DNA from: Alphaproteobacteria bacterium
Lineage (GTDB): Bacteria; Pseudomonadota; Alphaproteobacteria; UBA6615
Length of the DNA: 64,000 nucleotides
Assembly (NCBI GenBank): GCA_021774445.1
Contig: JAJFJA010000005.1
Span: forward strand, 73,790-137,789
Direction of reading: 5' to 3'
The notes beneath the pieces are model-generated. The model worked only from the letters and a program-made list of their open reading frames with translations, was not told the DNA's origin and did no database searches. Positions 27,871 to 37,441 of this stretch are shown here, in pieces (position 1 is the first letter of the stretch; every line of letters starts with the position of its first letter). Both the position numbers and the translations under genes were made by a program.

Positions 27871-29475
27871 ATGAATATCAAGCAACTGATCGCAGGCACC
27901 GCTGTCGGCTGTGTCCTGGGCCTTGCGGTCGCCGGCGCGGCGCAGGCCCAGACATTGCGCTATGCCGCCGCCGCCCCGGTCCTAACCATGGATCCCCATG
28001 CCACCAACGACTTCGTGTCGCAAATGGTGATCAGCCAGATCTATGACCCGCTCGTAGCAGTCAACGCCGACCTTGAGCTGGTGTCCGGCCTGGCCGAGAG
28101 TTGGGAGCATCTGGGCGGGCTGAAATGGCGCTTCACGCTACGGCAAGGCGTCAAATTCCATGGCGGCCAGGATTTTAGCGCCGAGGACGTCGCGTTCTCC
28201 ATCGAGCGCGCCAAGACCAGCCGCTTCTTCACCGCCTTCGTCGGTAAGATATCCAGCGTGGATATCATCGACAGCCACACCGTCGAGATCACGACCGACG
28301 ATCCGGATCCGCTGTTGCCGCGCAAAATGTCCAATGCCTTCATCATGAGCAAGTCTTGGGCGGAAGAGAACGGCGCCGACGAGGTGCCGGACCTGGGCGC
28401 CGAAGGCTCGGAAGTCTTTTCCGTGCGCAATGCCAACGGCACCGGTTTGTACATGCTCCAGGAGCGTGAACCCAGTGTTCGTACGGTGCTGGCCCGCAAC
28501 CCTAATTACTGGGGCGAGGCGACCGGTAATGTTCAGGAAGCGATCTATACGCCAATCGGCTCCGGTCCGACCCGGGTGGCGGCTCTGCTCTCCGGCGAGA
28601 TCGATCTCGTGGCCGATCTGCCGTTGCAAGACATTCCGCGCGTGGACGGTGCCGACGGTCTGATGGTGCAGCAGCGCCCGCAGCTCATCAATATCCAGCT
28701 TGAGCTGGACGGCAGCCGCGATGTCGCGCTCGATGTCTGGGACAAAGACGGCAATGTCCTTACGGTCAACCCGCTCAAGGATGTGCGTGTGCGCAAGGCC
28801 TTTGCCCAAGCCATCAATGTCGACCTGATCGTCGACCGGGTCATGCGCGGCAACGCCGCCGTCGCCGGCTCGGCGGCGGTCCCGGGAACAGGCGGCTACT
28901 ACGCCGATCTTGACGATCATTGGGCCTATGACGTCGAAGCCGCCAAGGGACTACTCGCGGAGGCCGGCTATCCCGACGGCTTCCAGGTCCAGCTCAACTG
29001 CCCGCTCGAGCGCTATGTCAACGCCGAGGACATCTGCAAGGCCGTCGCGCCGATGCTGGCGCAGATCGGCGTCGATGTACGCGTCAAGGGCATGGTCTGG
29101 CCGGAGTTCGCGAAGCTTCTCGTCAACGGTCCGGACTCCAGCTTCCATTTGATCGGCGCCGGCCCCAATGGGCAGGACACCCAGGATACTTTCGTCGATA
29201 CGATGATGACGCGGGTGCCGGACATCAAGCAGGGCTTCTTCAACTGGGCGCTGTGGTCCAACGACGAGTTCGACGAAATCGCCACGGAGATCCAGCAGAC
29301 CTTCGATGAGGCGCGTCGGGAAGAACTCTATCGGCGCGGGCTCACCCTTGGCCGTGAGAACGTCCACGCGATTTACCTGCACCGCCAAGTCATTACCTGG
29401 GGTCTGCGGGACAACATCACCGCGACCATTCGCCCTGATGCAACCGTACCGCTGGAGACTGTCGTCATCCAGTAG
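27871..29475 (+). CDS. Dpp/Opp-type ABC transporter substrate-binding protein
   Basis: Signal peptide, LRQGVKFHGG, AEDVAFS, NGTG, DVRVRKA, LAEAGYPDGF. Confidence 0.93.
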   Translation: MNIKQLIAGTAVGCVLGLAVAGAAQAQTLRYAAAAPVLTMDPHATNDFVSQMVISQIYDPLVAVNADLELVSGLAESWEHLGGLKWRFTLRQGVKFHGGQDFSAEDVAFSIERAKTSRFFTAFVGKISSVDIIDSHTVEITTDDPDPLLPRKMSNAFIMSKSWAEENGADEVPDLGAEGSEVFSVRNANGTGLYMLQEREPSVRTVLARNPNYWGEATGNVQEAIYTPIGSGPTRVAALLSGEIDLVADLPLQDIPRVDGADGLMVQQRPQLINIQLELDGSRDVALDVWDKDGNVLTVNPLKDVRVRKAFAQAINVDLIVDRVMRGNAAVAGSAAVPGTGGYYADLDDHWAYDVEAAKGLLAEAGYPDGFQVQLNCPLERYVNAEDICKAVAPMLAQIGVDVRVKGMVWPEFAKLLVNGPDSSFHLIGAGPNGQDTQDTFVDTMMTRVPDIKQGFFNWALWSNDEFDEIATEIQQTFDEARREELYRRGLTLGRENVHAIYLHRQVITWGLRDNITATIRPDATVPLETVVIQ

Positions 29476-29525
29476 ACATCAGCGAGTGACCGTCAATCAG
29501 GTGTTTCAAGCGTACACCAACGTGG

Positions 29526-29558
29526 GGCCGGCCGGAGCGACACACCCTCCGGCCGGCC
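29526..29558. other. perfect 12-bp GC hairpin after the SBP gene
   Basis: GGCCGGCCGGAG...CTCCGGCCGGCC; probably stabilises the mRNA. Confidence 0.55.
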
Positions 29559-29583
29559 GCTTCATCCCCGGCCGGGCACCCGC

Positions 29584-30579
29584 ATGACCGCGTTCATCAC
29601 GCGGCGGACCTTGCAGGCTTCGGGCGTCCTGGTCGTGGTCAGTTTCATCGGCTTTTTGCTGTTCACATTTACCGGCGATCCGGTCGCCAGCATCCTCGGC
29701 CTCGATGCCACGCCGGCGGATCGGGACGCGCTGCGCGGCCGGCTCGGGCTCGACGACCCGTTCATCCTTCGTTATCTGACCTACGCGCTAAACGCCGCCC
29801 AAGGCGAATTCGGCATTTCCTACGCGACCGCCCGCCCGGTCGAGGAAGTCATCGTCGAACGGCTGCCGGCAACCATCGAGCTAGCGGCGGTCGCGGTCCT
29901 GTTCTCCCTGGCCATAGGCATCCCGTTGGGCGTCTATACGGCGCTCAATCGTGATCGCTGGCTGGCCCGGTTTGTCATGACCGTATCGATCGTCGGCGTC
30001 TCGCTGCCGACCTTCGTCGTCGGCATTCTGCTGATCTTCCTGTTCGCCGTGGGGCTCGGCTGGCTGCCGTCCTTCGGCCGCGGTGAGGTGGTAAAGTTGG
30101 GTTGGTGGAGCACCGGCCTGCTTACCGTCAGCGGCTTGAAGGCACTGATCATGCCGGCATTGTCGCTGGCGATTGCCCAGTCGGCCTTGGTGGCGCGGTT
30201 GGTACGCGCCGAGATGATAGAAGTCTTGCGCGCCGACTTTATCAAATTCGCCCGAGCCCGCGGCCTGCGCAACCGTGCAGTGCATTTCCACCATGCCCTG
30301 CGCAACACGATGATCCCGATCGTCACCGTCACCGGCATCCAGCTCGGCTTCTTGTTTGCCTTCTCCATCGTCGCCGAGGCGGTCTTCCAATGGCCCGGCA
30401 TGGGTTTGCTGTTCCTGCAATCCCTAGGTAAGACGGACGTCCCCGTGATGTCCGCATTTCTGATCCTGGTGGCGTTCTTTTTCGTAATCATCAACCTCGC
30501 CGTCGATCTGCTGTACATGGTGATCGATCCGCGCTTGCGTATCCGGCACGAGATCGCCGAAGGCGTGGCCGGGTCGTGA
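29584..30579 (+). CDS. Dpp-type ABC permease (DppB-like)
   Basis: GDP, LGLDDP, RLPATIEL, ARARGL EAA-like loop, FQWPGMG, IDPR. Confidence 0.92.
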   Translation: MTAFITRRTLQASGVLVVVSFIGFLLFTFTGDPVASILGLDATPADRDALRGRLGLDDPFILRYLTYALNAAQGEFGISYATARPVEEVIVERLPATIELAAVAVLFSLAIGIPLGVYTALNRDRWLARFVMTVSIVGVSLPTFVVGILLIFLFAVGLGWLPSFGRGEVVKLGWWSTGLLTVSGLKALIMPALSLAIAQSALVARLVRAEMIEVLRADFIKFARARGLRNRAVHFHHALRNTMIPIVTVTGIQLGFLFAFSIVAEAVFQWPGMGLLFLQSLGKTDVPVMSAFLILVAFFFVIINLAVDLLYMVIDPRLRIRHEIAEGVAGS

Positions 30580-31553
30580 CCGCGAAAACCCGGCAACCAG
30601 TGCTCACCGCCGCCGGACCCGCCGGGGATGCGCCTGGCTGGCAGGCTCGGTTGGCCCGGCTCTATGACAGCGACATCTGCTACAGCTTTCGTCACGCGCC
30701 ACTGGTGGTCGCCGCCGCGCTGCTATTCCTGCTGATGATCTTCGCCGCGGTCTTCGCTCCCTGGCTCGCCCCGACCAATCCCTACGACCTAAAAACTCTC
30801 AACCTGCTCGATTCTCTGCTGCCCCCGATCTGGGTTGAAGGCAGCGATCCGCGCTTCCTGCTCGGCACCGACAGCCAGGGTGGCGGCATCCTGTCGCTAA
30901 TCATGTACGGCGCCCGCGTGTCGCTGACGGTTGGCGCGTTGGCGGTGTCCGTATCGGTCAGCCTCGGCATCACACTGGGGTTGGTCAGCGGCTATATCGG
31001 CGGCAAGATCGATGCGGTTATCATGCGTATCGCGGACATTCAGCTCACCTTCCCGTCCCTGCTGATGGCACTGTTGATTGGGGGCATAACCGGCTCGGTA
31101 TTGCCCGATCGGCTACAGGCCCAATTCGCGATCCCGGTGGTTATCCTTGCCCTTGGCGTGTCACACTGGCCACATTTCGCCCGTCTCGTACGCGGCGGTA
31201 CCATCGTCGAGAAGGAGAAGGATTATATCGCGGCGGCCCGGCTGATCGGCCGCTCTCCCTTCGCCATTATGTTTCGCCAGGTGCTGCCAAACGTGCTCAA
31301 TCCGGTTTTGGTACTGGCCACGCTGGATGTTGCCTTTGCCGTAATGGGAGAAGCCACGTTGTCCTTCCTCGGCTTCGGCGTTCCGCCGACCCAGCCGTCG
31401 CTCGGCACACTGATCCGCAACGGCTATGCCTTCCTGTTTTCCGGGGAATGGTGGATCGTCATCTTTCCCAGTCTCACCCTGGTGATCCTAGTCGTCGCGG
31501 TGAATATCATCGGTGACTGGTTGCGCGATGCCCTCAACCCCAAGCTACGTTAG
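30576..31553 (+). CDS. Dpp-type ABC permease (DppC-like)
   Basis: LGTD, YGARVSL, YIAAA, EATLSFLGFG, GDWLRDALNPK. Confidence 0.92.
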   Translation: MTAKTRQPVLTAAGPAGDAPGWQARLARLYDSDICYSFRHAPLVVAAALLFLLMIFAAVFAPWLAPTNPYDLKTLNLLDSLLPPIWVEGSDPRFLLGTDSQGGGILSLIMYGARVSLTVGALAVSVSVSLGITLGLVSGYIGGKIDAVIMRIADIQLTFPSLLMALLIGGITGSVLPDRLQAQFAIPVVILALGVSHWPHFARLVRGGTIVEKEKDYIAAARLIGRSPFAIMFRQVLPNVLNPVLVLATLDVAFAVMGEATLSFLGFGVPPTQPSLGTLIRNGYAFLFSGEWWIVIFPSLTLVILVVAVNIIGDWLRDALNPKLR

Positions 31554-31561
31554 TAGCAGCC

Positions 31562-32479
31562 ATGACCGAAGCCATTTATCGTCATTTCACCCGGACTGAG
31601 CTCGAAGCCCAATTCACCCTGGATTATGTCGACGACCTAGACGGCAAGCGCGCCAAGCGCGTGGCCGCCAGCCTGGCCGCGCGCCGCGACCTCGAATGCA
31701 ACCTTGGCGTGGCCTATGGCGAAACCCCGGCAGAGACACTCGATATCTTCCCCGCGGACAGCTCGACCCCGGCACCGATCCAGCTCTTCATCCATGGCGG
31801 TTTCTGGCAGACCTTGGACGCCGCCACCTTCAGCTTCCCGGCCAGCACGCTGGTACCCGCCGGCGCGGCTTATCTCGCCGTCGACTACGCCCTCATGCCG
31901 GCGGTCACCATGGGCGAGATCGTGCGGCAATGCCGGGCCGCCATCGCCTGGACCTACCGCAACGCGCAGGACTTCAACGGCGATCCGACGCGTATCCACA
32001 TCTCCGGCCATTCGGCCGGCGGCCATCTAGTCGCCATGCTGATGGACCCTGGCTGGCCGGCGGAATACGGCTTGCCCGCCGATGTGGTCAAAGGCGGTTG
32101 TGCCATCAGCGGCCTCTTTGAGCTTGAAGCGGTGCGCCTCAGTTCCCACAACACCGCGATGTCGCTCACGTCGGCGGATGTCGCGGCCTACAGTCCGCAC
32201 CGCGCTGTCTCACCGACCGCAGCGCCGCTCATCTTGGCGGTCGGCGGCCGTGAGCCGGAGGAGTTTCGTTTGCAGACCACCGACTACGCCGAGGCGTGGC
32301 AGGCGGCCGGCAATCGCTGCGAGGTCATCATCCCAGCGCACGCGGACCATATCAGCATCCTGCTGGACGACCTGACGGCCGCCGATGCGAAGCTGCATGG
32401 CGCGGTGTTGGGCCAAATGGGCCTCGCCTCAGATTGGCATACGGCGCATGGCCAACGGAAAGACAGCCAACCCCAGTAG
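31562..32479 (+). CDS. alpha/beta hydrolase, arylformamidase (kynurenine formamidase)-like
   Basis: LDIFP, FIHGGFWQ, GHSAGGHL, ISGLFEL. Confidence 0.85.
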   Translation: MTEAIYRHFTRTELEAQFTLDYVDDLDGKRAKRVAASLAARRDLECNLGVAYGETPAETLDIFPADSSTPAPIQLFIHGGFWQTLDAATFSFPASTLVPAGAAYLAVDYALMPAVTMGEIVRQCRAAIAWTYRNAQDFNGDPTRIHISGHSAGGHLVAMLMDPGWPAEYGLPADVVKGGCAISGLFELEAVRLSSHNTAMSLTSADVAAYSPHRAVSPTAAPLILAVGGREPEEFRLQTTDYAEAWQAAGNRCEVIIPAHADHISILLDDLTAADAKLHGAVLGQMGLASDWHTAHGQRKDSQPQ

Positions 32480-33673
32480 AGCCAAGCCGCCGACAACGAT
32501 GGCAAGAGCTAGCTGGCTGCCGCTGCCCACCGCGCCGATGAACGCCACGGCCGCAGCCCCCAAACCCATTTGCACGAAGCCGAGCAGCGACGCCGCCGTG
32601 CCGGCCATCTCCGGATAGGCGCCGACCGCACCGGCGGTGCTCGTCGGCACCATAAAGCCCATCCCCAGTACCAAGACCGCCGTCGGCCACAGAATGGCAC
32701 CCACCGTGCCCACGCCCGCCAAGGCCAGTGCTATCAATCCAGCCGCCCCGGCCATAATGATCGGCACGCCATAGAGGTTCGTGCGGATAACGCCATGCCG
32801 GACCACCAGCCGGCCGACGGCGAACGCACCCAGGGCATAACCTAAGAAAGCGAGCAAGGTGAACCGGCCGTAGGCCTCGGCCGTCTGACCCAAAGTGATG
32901 ATGAGAACGAACGGCGCCGCGGCCATGAATGCATAAAAGCTCGCGGCGTGCAGGCTCGAACAGAGCAGAAAACCGAGGAAATTCGTCGAGCCCAGCAAGC
33001 GGCGGAAATCCGTCAGCATGCGCCCCTTGGCCCGGCCGCCGCCGCGGTATCGGTTGGTCTCGCCGATAAGGCGCCAGGTCGCGATGGTCGCGACCGTGGC
33101 CGTCACCGCGATCAGCACAAAATTGGCGCGCCAGCCAAACGTCCCGTGTATGTAGGCGCCGAGTGCCGGACCGAGCGCCGGCGCCAGGGCCAGCGACATA
33201 GACATATAAGCCATAACCTGCGCCGCGCGGCTGGCCGGGAAAAGGTCCCGCACGATCGCCCGCGCAATGACCGGACCCGCCGTCGCGCCGATACCCTGTA
33301 CGAAGCGCGCCGCCACGAGAACGCCGACATCGGGTGCCAGGGCGCAGGCGATGCTGGCGAGCACGTAAATTGCGGTCCCGATGACTAGCGCCGGCATGCG
33401 GCCGATCCGATCGGACAACGAGCCGAAGTAGAGTTGCGCAAGGGTAACGCCGACGAGAAAGCTGGTAAGGGTGAATTGGGTACGCTGCGCGGTCGTCCCC
33501 AATTCGGCGGCAAGGGTCGGCAGCGACGGCAAATACATGAACGCCGAGATCAGGCCAGCACCGGTCAGGGCGGCAAGCACCAGTACCACCCGCAGCGGCG
33601 ACACCGGGGTCACCGCAATGTCCGTGACTCCCGGGGCCAACTCGGGCGCCCTCTGTATCGGCGTTTCGGTCAT
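32429..33673 (-). CDS. Bcr/CflA family MFS efflux transporter
   Basis: MYLPSLP, GSLSDRIGR, ARFVQGIG, RAIVRD, FGWRA; start uncertain. Confidence 0.9.
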   Translation of the reverse strand: MTETPIQRAPELAPGVTDIAVTPVSPLRVVLVLAALTGAGLISAFMYLPSLPTLAAELGTTAQRTQFTLTSFLVGVTLAQLYFGSLSDRIGRMPALVIGTAIYVLASIACALAPDVGVLVAARFVQGIGATAGPVIARAIVRDLFPASRAAQVMAYMSMSLALAPALGPALGAYIHGTFGWRANFVLIAVTATVATIATWRLIGETNRYRGGGRAKGRMLTDFRRLLGSTNFLGFLLCSSLHAASFYAFMAAAPFVLIITLGQTAEAYGRFTLLAFLGYALGAFAVGRLVVRHGVIRTNLYGVPIIMAGAAGLIALALAGVGTVGAILWPTAVLVLGMGFMVPTSTAGAVGAYPEMAGTAASLLGFVQMGLGAAAVAFIGAVGSGSQLALAIVVGGLALLGLAVFPLAMRRMPI

Positions 33674-33914
33674 TTGCTTCCGTGACGACCACAACCGGCA
33701 ATGCCTCGCCCCGCCCCCGAAAGGCGAGACCGCGAACACTAACAAGCAAATCTTGGTGGCAAGCTCTCTGCGCGCGGATCGGTCCCATCGTACTCCGGGC
33801 GCCGGCACAGCAAAAGAGCCACGGTACGCCCACTCCCGTCCGCTAGTTATTCCAGCGCACTGGCAAGTTTTCGCGTCGCTCGCGGCGCCGAACAGACTTG
33901 AAGACCTTCCGGGA

Positions 33915-34180
33915 TTATTCTGCCGAGGCCGACAGCGGCGAATAGGTGTCTTGCAGTCCAAATGCCGCTGGGCCGAACTGGCGCAGCGCCGCCTCGCTGC
34001 GCATGATCTCGGGTACGCCGACGGCCATGACCCTGACCCGTTGGCCGTAGCGGAGAGTCTCGTTGGTGATAGGTACCGCGGTCTCGGCGTCGAGGATCGA
34101 AATAATGTCCGGCACGATGACCAGCAGTTTTCCACCCGCGCGCGACCAGGTTCTCGTTCTGGAACTCGATGGTGCAGCGG
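33915..34180 (-). pseudogene. DUF917-like protein, C-terminal remnant
   Basis: IEFQNENLVAR, frameshift, then VPDIISILDAETAVPITNETLRYGQRVRV...FGPAAFG; no N-terminal part. Confidence 0.7.
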
Positions 34181-34354
34181 CCGCCGGGGTGTTGGCCACT
34201 CTAACGCCGGAGGGACGCATCGCGAAACAGCTCTTCTCTCAGCGCGAGAAGAGCAGGCTGAAAACCGATCTTAATGCCTGGTTTGGGTGCCAATCGGCTG
34301 GCGTATCTTGAACGACCTTAGGCAGAACTCGATGGTATGATGCGGAGAACTTCC

Positions 34355-35680
34355 TCAAAGACTGTTGGGTTCTTCAGTACCACACCAGGCCATGATGACT
34401 TCCGCAGTCGCTGCGATCGCTCGGATGAAGCTATCAATATCGACCCATTCATCGGCCTCGCCGGACATTGTCAGTCCGCCGCAAAGCGGGCCGAAACCGA
34501 CCGTCGGGATACCTTTTTGCACGACCGGGTTGCGGATATCACTTGAGGTATGGAGTGGATTGACCTGGGGATTGGCACCCAATTCTATCAGGGCTTTTGC
34601 AACGACTTCATACAAGGGCGAGTCCTGCGGGGTCTCCGCAGCCGTCACGCCGGAAAGCCACGCAATATGCGGCGGATATTCGTTGAGCCAGGTATCCTGT
34701 TCGCTGGCGGCGCGGACGGCGGACTCAACGGCTGCCATCACGTTGCTAAGGTTCTCACCCGGAACGAGCGTCATCGCGCCGCCAAGCCGGCACGATTCCG
34801 CGATATGGCTAAGCTCATTCCCGTCACCGAATTCGCAAAAAGACAACATAAGATTGGCCGACCGGCCGATTGCCGTTTGCAGCCGTGGATGGGTTATTTG
34901 CTTGCCCCGGTCCGCATCCAGGCGCTTGAGAGCGCCAGCGACAATCAAGGCCTTATCAAACGGGTTCTCAGCCGCATGCGCGAAAGCCGTGTGGGCCGGC
35001 TCCGATGTCGCGGGCGCGCGACCTTGAACCGTGATCATGAACTCGAGTTGCCCGGGCGCGAACGCCTTGATCTCGTCAAGGCCGCGGCCGGACTCCGCCG
35101 GGTGAAGATACACCGCGGCATCCGCCGTGACGCCCTGATGCAACGCTGCGGAGATACCCCGGCGATGCTGCTTGCTGGGTGAACTTACCAGGGTCACCGC
35201 GCCGGCCGGCTGCAGGTCGGCGCGACGCAATACAGCAATCGACTGAACCATGATGGCCAGCCCGGCAAGATCGTCCGCGACGCCCCAGCCGTAAATGCGC
35301 CCGTCCCGGCAGTGGGGTGCGAAGGGATCGGTCTGCCAAACCGGCTCGCTGCGGAAGTCTTCCGCATCCGGATGGGCAAACAGCAGGAGGCTTCGGCCGC
35401 CGGCACGGCTGCCGATTCTCCCCGTCAGGCAGCTTTCGCGTCCGTGGGTGGCAACGTCGGCGGCGGCGAACTCGTCGATGACGGGAACGGCGCGGGGGTC
35501 GTAGCTAAGCACGTCGGTTTCGCATCCAACCTCCTCCATCGCCAGCCGCAACACGGCTTCGACCGCCGGCGATCCCGACTTGCCAGCGACGACAAGACGT
35601 TCCAGAAGGGCCAGGCTCGCCGCTTTCGAGGCCGTGCTCGCTTTGGCGATGCGCGATGTTCTATCGGCTGGGTGAGTCAT
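34355..35680 (-). CDS. M20 (ArgE/DapE-like) family protein with atypical active site
   Basis: RSLLLFAHPD, DGRIYGWGVADDLAG, GIPTVGFGP, DEWV. Confidence 0.82.
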   Translation of the reverse strand: MTHPADRTSRIAKASTASKAASLALLERLVVAGKSGSPAVEAVLRLAMEEVGCETDVLSYDPRAVPVIDEFAAADVATHGRESCLTGRIGSRAGGRSLLLFAHPDAEDFRSEPVWQTDPFAPHCRDGRIYGWGVADDLAGLAIMVQSIAVLRRADLQPAGAVTLVSSPSKQHRRGISAALHQGVTADAAVYLHPAESGRGLDEIKAFAPGQLEFMITVQGRAPATSEPAHTAFAHAAENPFDKALIVAGALKRLDADRGKQITHPRLQTAIGRSANLMLSFCEFGDGNELSHIAESCRLGGAMTLVPGENLSNVMAAVESAVRAASEQDTWLNEYPPHIAWLSGVTAAETPQDSPLYEVVAKALIELGANPQVNPLHTSSDIRNPVVQKGIPTVGFGPLCGGLTMSGEADEWVDIDSFIRAIAATAEVIMAWCGTEEPNSL

Positions 35681-35713
35681 TTCGATGGTTGCCTGCAGGA
35701 TCGTCCGAGGGTT

Positions 35714-36385
35714 CTAGAGGTTCGCCATGGCCTCCAACACGTCGTTTGAGAGGCTCCTGATATGCGCGACCAAGCTGGCCCGCGCCCGCGCCGAGTCGCC
35801 GGATTTGAGCGCTGCGATAATTTCCAGATGCTCCTCGGTGTCGGGCCGGAACCGGGACGGCAGGCCCGATAGTTCGAAAATACGCGTGGTGACCCGCAGA
35901 TCCCGTATTACCTGAGCCATGACGTTATTGCCCGACGCGTCGGCGATCATGTCGTGAAGTTTCTCGTCGGCCGCCCAATGGCTTTCGGCGGGAACGGCCG
36001 GATTGGCCTCCAGTGCAAGCATATCGGTTTCGATTTCCCCAAGCGCCGCCGCCTCGATCTTACCGGTCGCCGCCGCAACGGCCTCGCCTTCAAGCAACTC
36101 CCGCAGCCGCATCGTCTGGAAGTACTCCCGGTTGGAGACGATCCGCACCCGGAACGGCTGATTCACTTGCTTTTCAATCAGCCCCTCGCTTTGCAGCAGC
36201 AATAGTGCTTCACGAACCGGCGTGCGCGAAATAGAAAGTTCGGTCGCAAAACGGTCTTCGGAAACGATCTCGCCACCACTAAGTTTGCGGGTGAGGATCA
36301 TGTTACGGATCGTTCGGTAGACCCGTTGTGCAAGGCTGACGGTCTCGGCTGCCGAGCCTTGGGCGCCTGCGAGTGTTTCAATCAT
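35714..36385 (-). CDS. GntR (FCD) family transcriptional regulator
   Basis: ISRTPVREALLLLQSEGLI HTH; DEKLH...ASGN, EHLEII FCD domain. Confidence 0.92.
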   Translation of the reverse strand: MIETLAGAQGSAAETVSLAQRVYRTIRNMILTRKLSGGEIVSEDRFATELSISRTPVREALLLLQSEGLIEKQVNQPFRVRIVSNREYFQTMRLRELLEGEAVAAATGKIEAAALGEIETDMLALEANPAVPAESHWAADEKLHDMIADASGNNVMAQVIRDLRVTTRIFELSGLPSRFRPDTEEHLEIIAALKSGDSARARASLVAHIRSLSNDVLEAMANL

Positions 36386-37428
36386 GATCGGTTGGTTCCA
36401 CTGAGGTAACACAAAAGCCGGGCAGGTGTTTTGCCTAGCAACTGATCGACATCCTTCTCCTTCCAGCCGCGCCGTAACATCAACGGCACGACGTTGCTGA
36501 TAAGGTGTGCGTAGCCATGCCCGCCGAAACTGGTGAGCCGGGTTCGGGTGCAGATGTCGTGTGAGATAGTGATTTGCTCGCGGTAGCCGAGCGCCATGAG
36601 ATCCTGAATGAGATCAAGCCGCATATAGTCGGTCGGCAGGTCAAGATCTTCATTTGCCATCCAGTACTGAGATGTTTCGATGCCAAAGAAATCCCACTCG
36701 AGGACGAATCCGAGCTTCAGAAGATCGAGAATTCGGCCACGGTCGAAGATCGTCCGATCCATGTGCCCGATGATGGTGCGCGACGGGTCGACGCCGGCCT
36801 CCAGCAGGATGCTCGCAAGCTCGCCGGGGGCGTCCGGGTGCCGTCCGGGATGTATCGTGACCGCCGCGCCAGTCGCCCGCTGTGCCTGTGCCGCCGCTAT
36901 CAACAGCCGCCGCTCGCCGGGCATCAGTGGCCAAGAACAGCCGAGTTCTCCAATCAGGCCGGCGCGGACTTGTGTGCCCCAAGCGCCGTCGTTGAGCTGA
37001 GCGAGGATCGTTTCTTCAAGTTCGTCAATCTCCGCGCTGCACACCGTATTCGGTAGATAGGAGTCGACGTAATATCCGGCGCCGATGATGATCGAGACGC
37101 CGGTCTCGGTCGCGATCCCTGCGAGCCGATCCGGTTGCGGCCTGATACCGCCAACTGTCAAGTCGACTATTGTTTGACCGCCGGCGTCGCGGAACCGTTC
37201 AAGTTCGTGCCGCGCCACGCCGTCATCGTCGAGCAGCATGTTCGCCTGGTTTCGGTTTTGGAAGTAGTCGGTCTCGAACCGGTTCTCCATGGTTATGGGC
37301 GGACATGCAAGACCACCGTCACGGGTCGTTGGGTCTCGTAGGTCGCATAGGATGTGCTCATGCATCAGCGTCCACCCAAGTGCAGACGCAGGCACCGGAC
37401 CCGTGACCGTTTGCGCGTAACTGCCCAA
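36382..37428 (-). CDS. phosphotriesterase-family (PHP/PTER-like) hydrolase
   Basis: QTVTGPV, TLMHEH, AGLIGELG, TIHPG, GHMDR, SHDIC; TTG start with AGGGAG RBS. Confidence 0.9.
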   Translation of the reverse strand: MGSYAQTVTGPVPASALGWTLMHEHILCDLRDPTTRDGGLACPPITMENRFETDYFQNRNQANMLLDDDGVARHELERFRDAGGQTIVDLTVGGIRPQPDRLAGIATETGVSIIIGAGYYVDSYLPNTVCSAEIDELEETILAQLNDGAWGTQVRAGLIGELGCSWPLMPGERRLLIAAAQAQRATGAAVTIHPGRHPDAPGELASILLEAGVDPSRTIIGHMDRTIFDRGRILDLLKLGFVLEWDFFGIETSQYWMANEDLDLPTDYMRLDLIQDLMALGYREQITISHDICTRTRLTSFGGHGYAHLISNVVPLMLRRGWKEKDVDQLLGKTPARLLCYLSGTNRS

Positions 37429-37441
37429 GGCGCCGCTCCCC

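Noticed and set aside
32352..33833. 493-aa alternative-frame ORF over the MFS gene
   Set aside because: Arg/Gly-rich off-frame product of GC-biased codons; the MFS frame explains the region
33674..34135. Long N-terminal extension of the MFS ORF (568-aa call)
   Set aside because: The extension is low-complexity and runs through the DUF917 relic; the real start is near 33673
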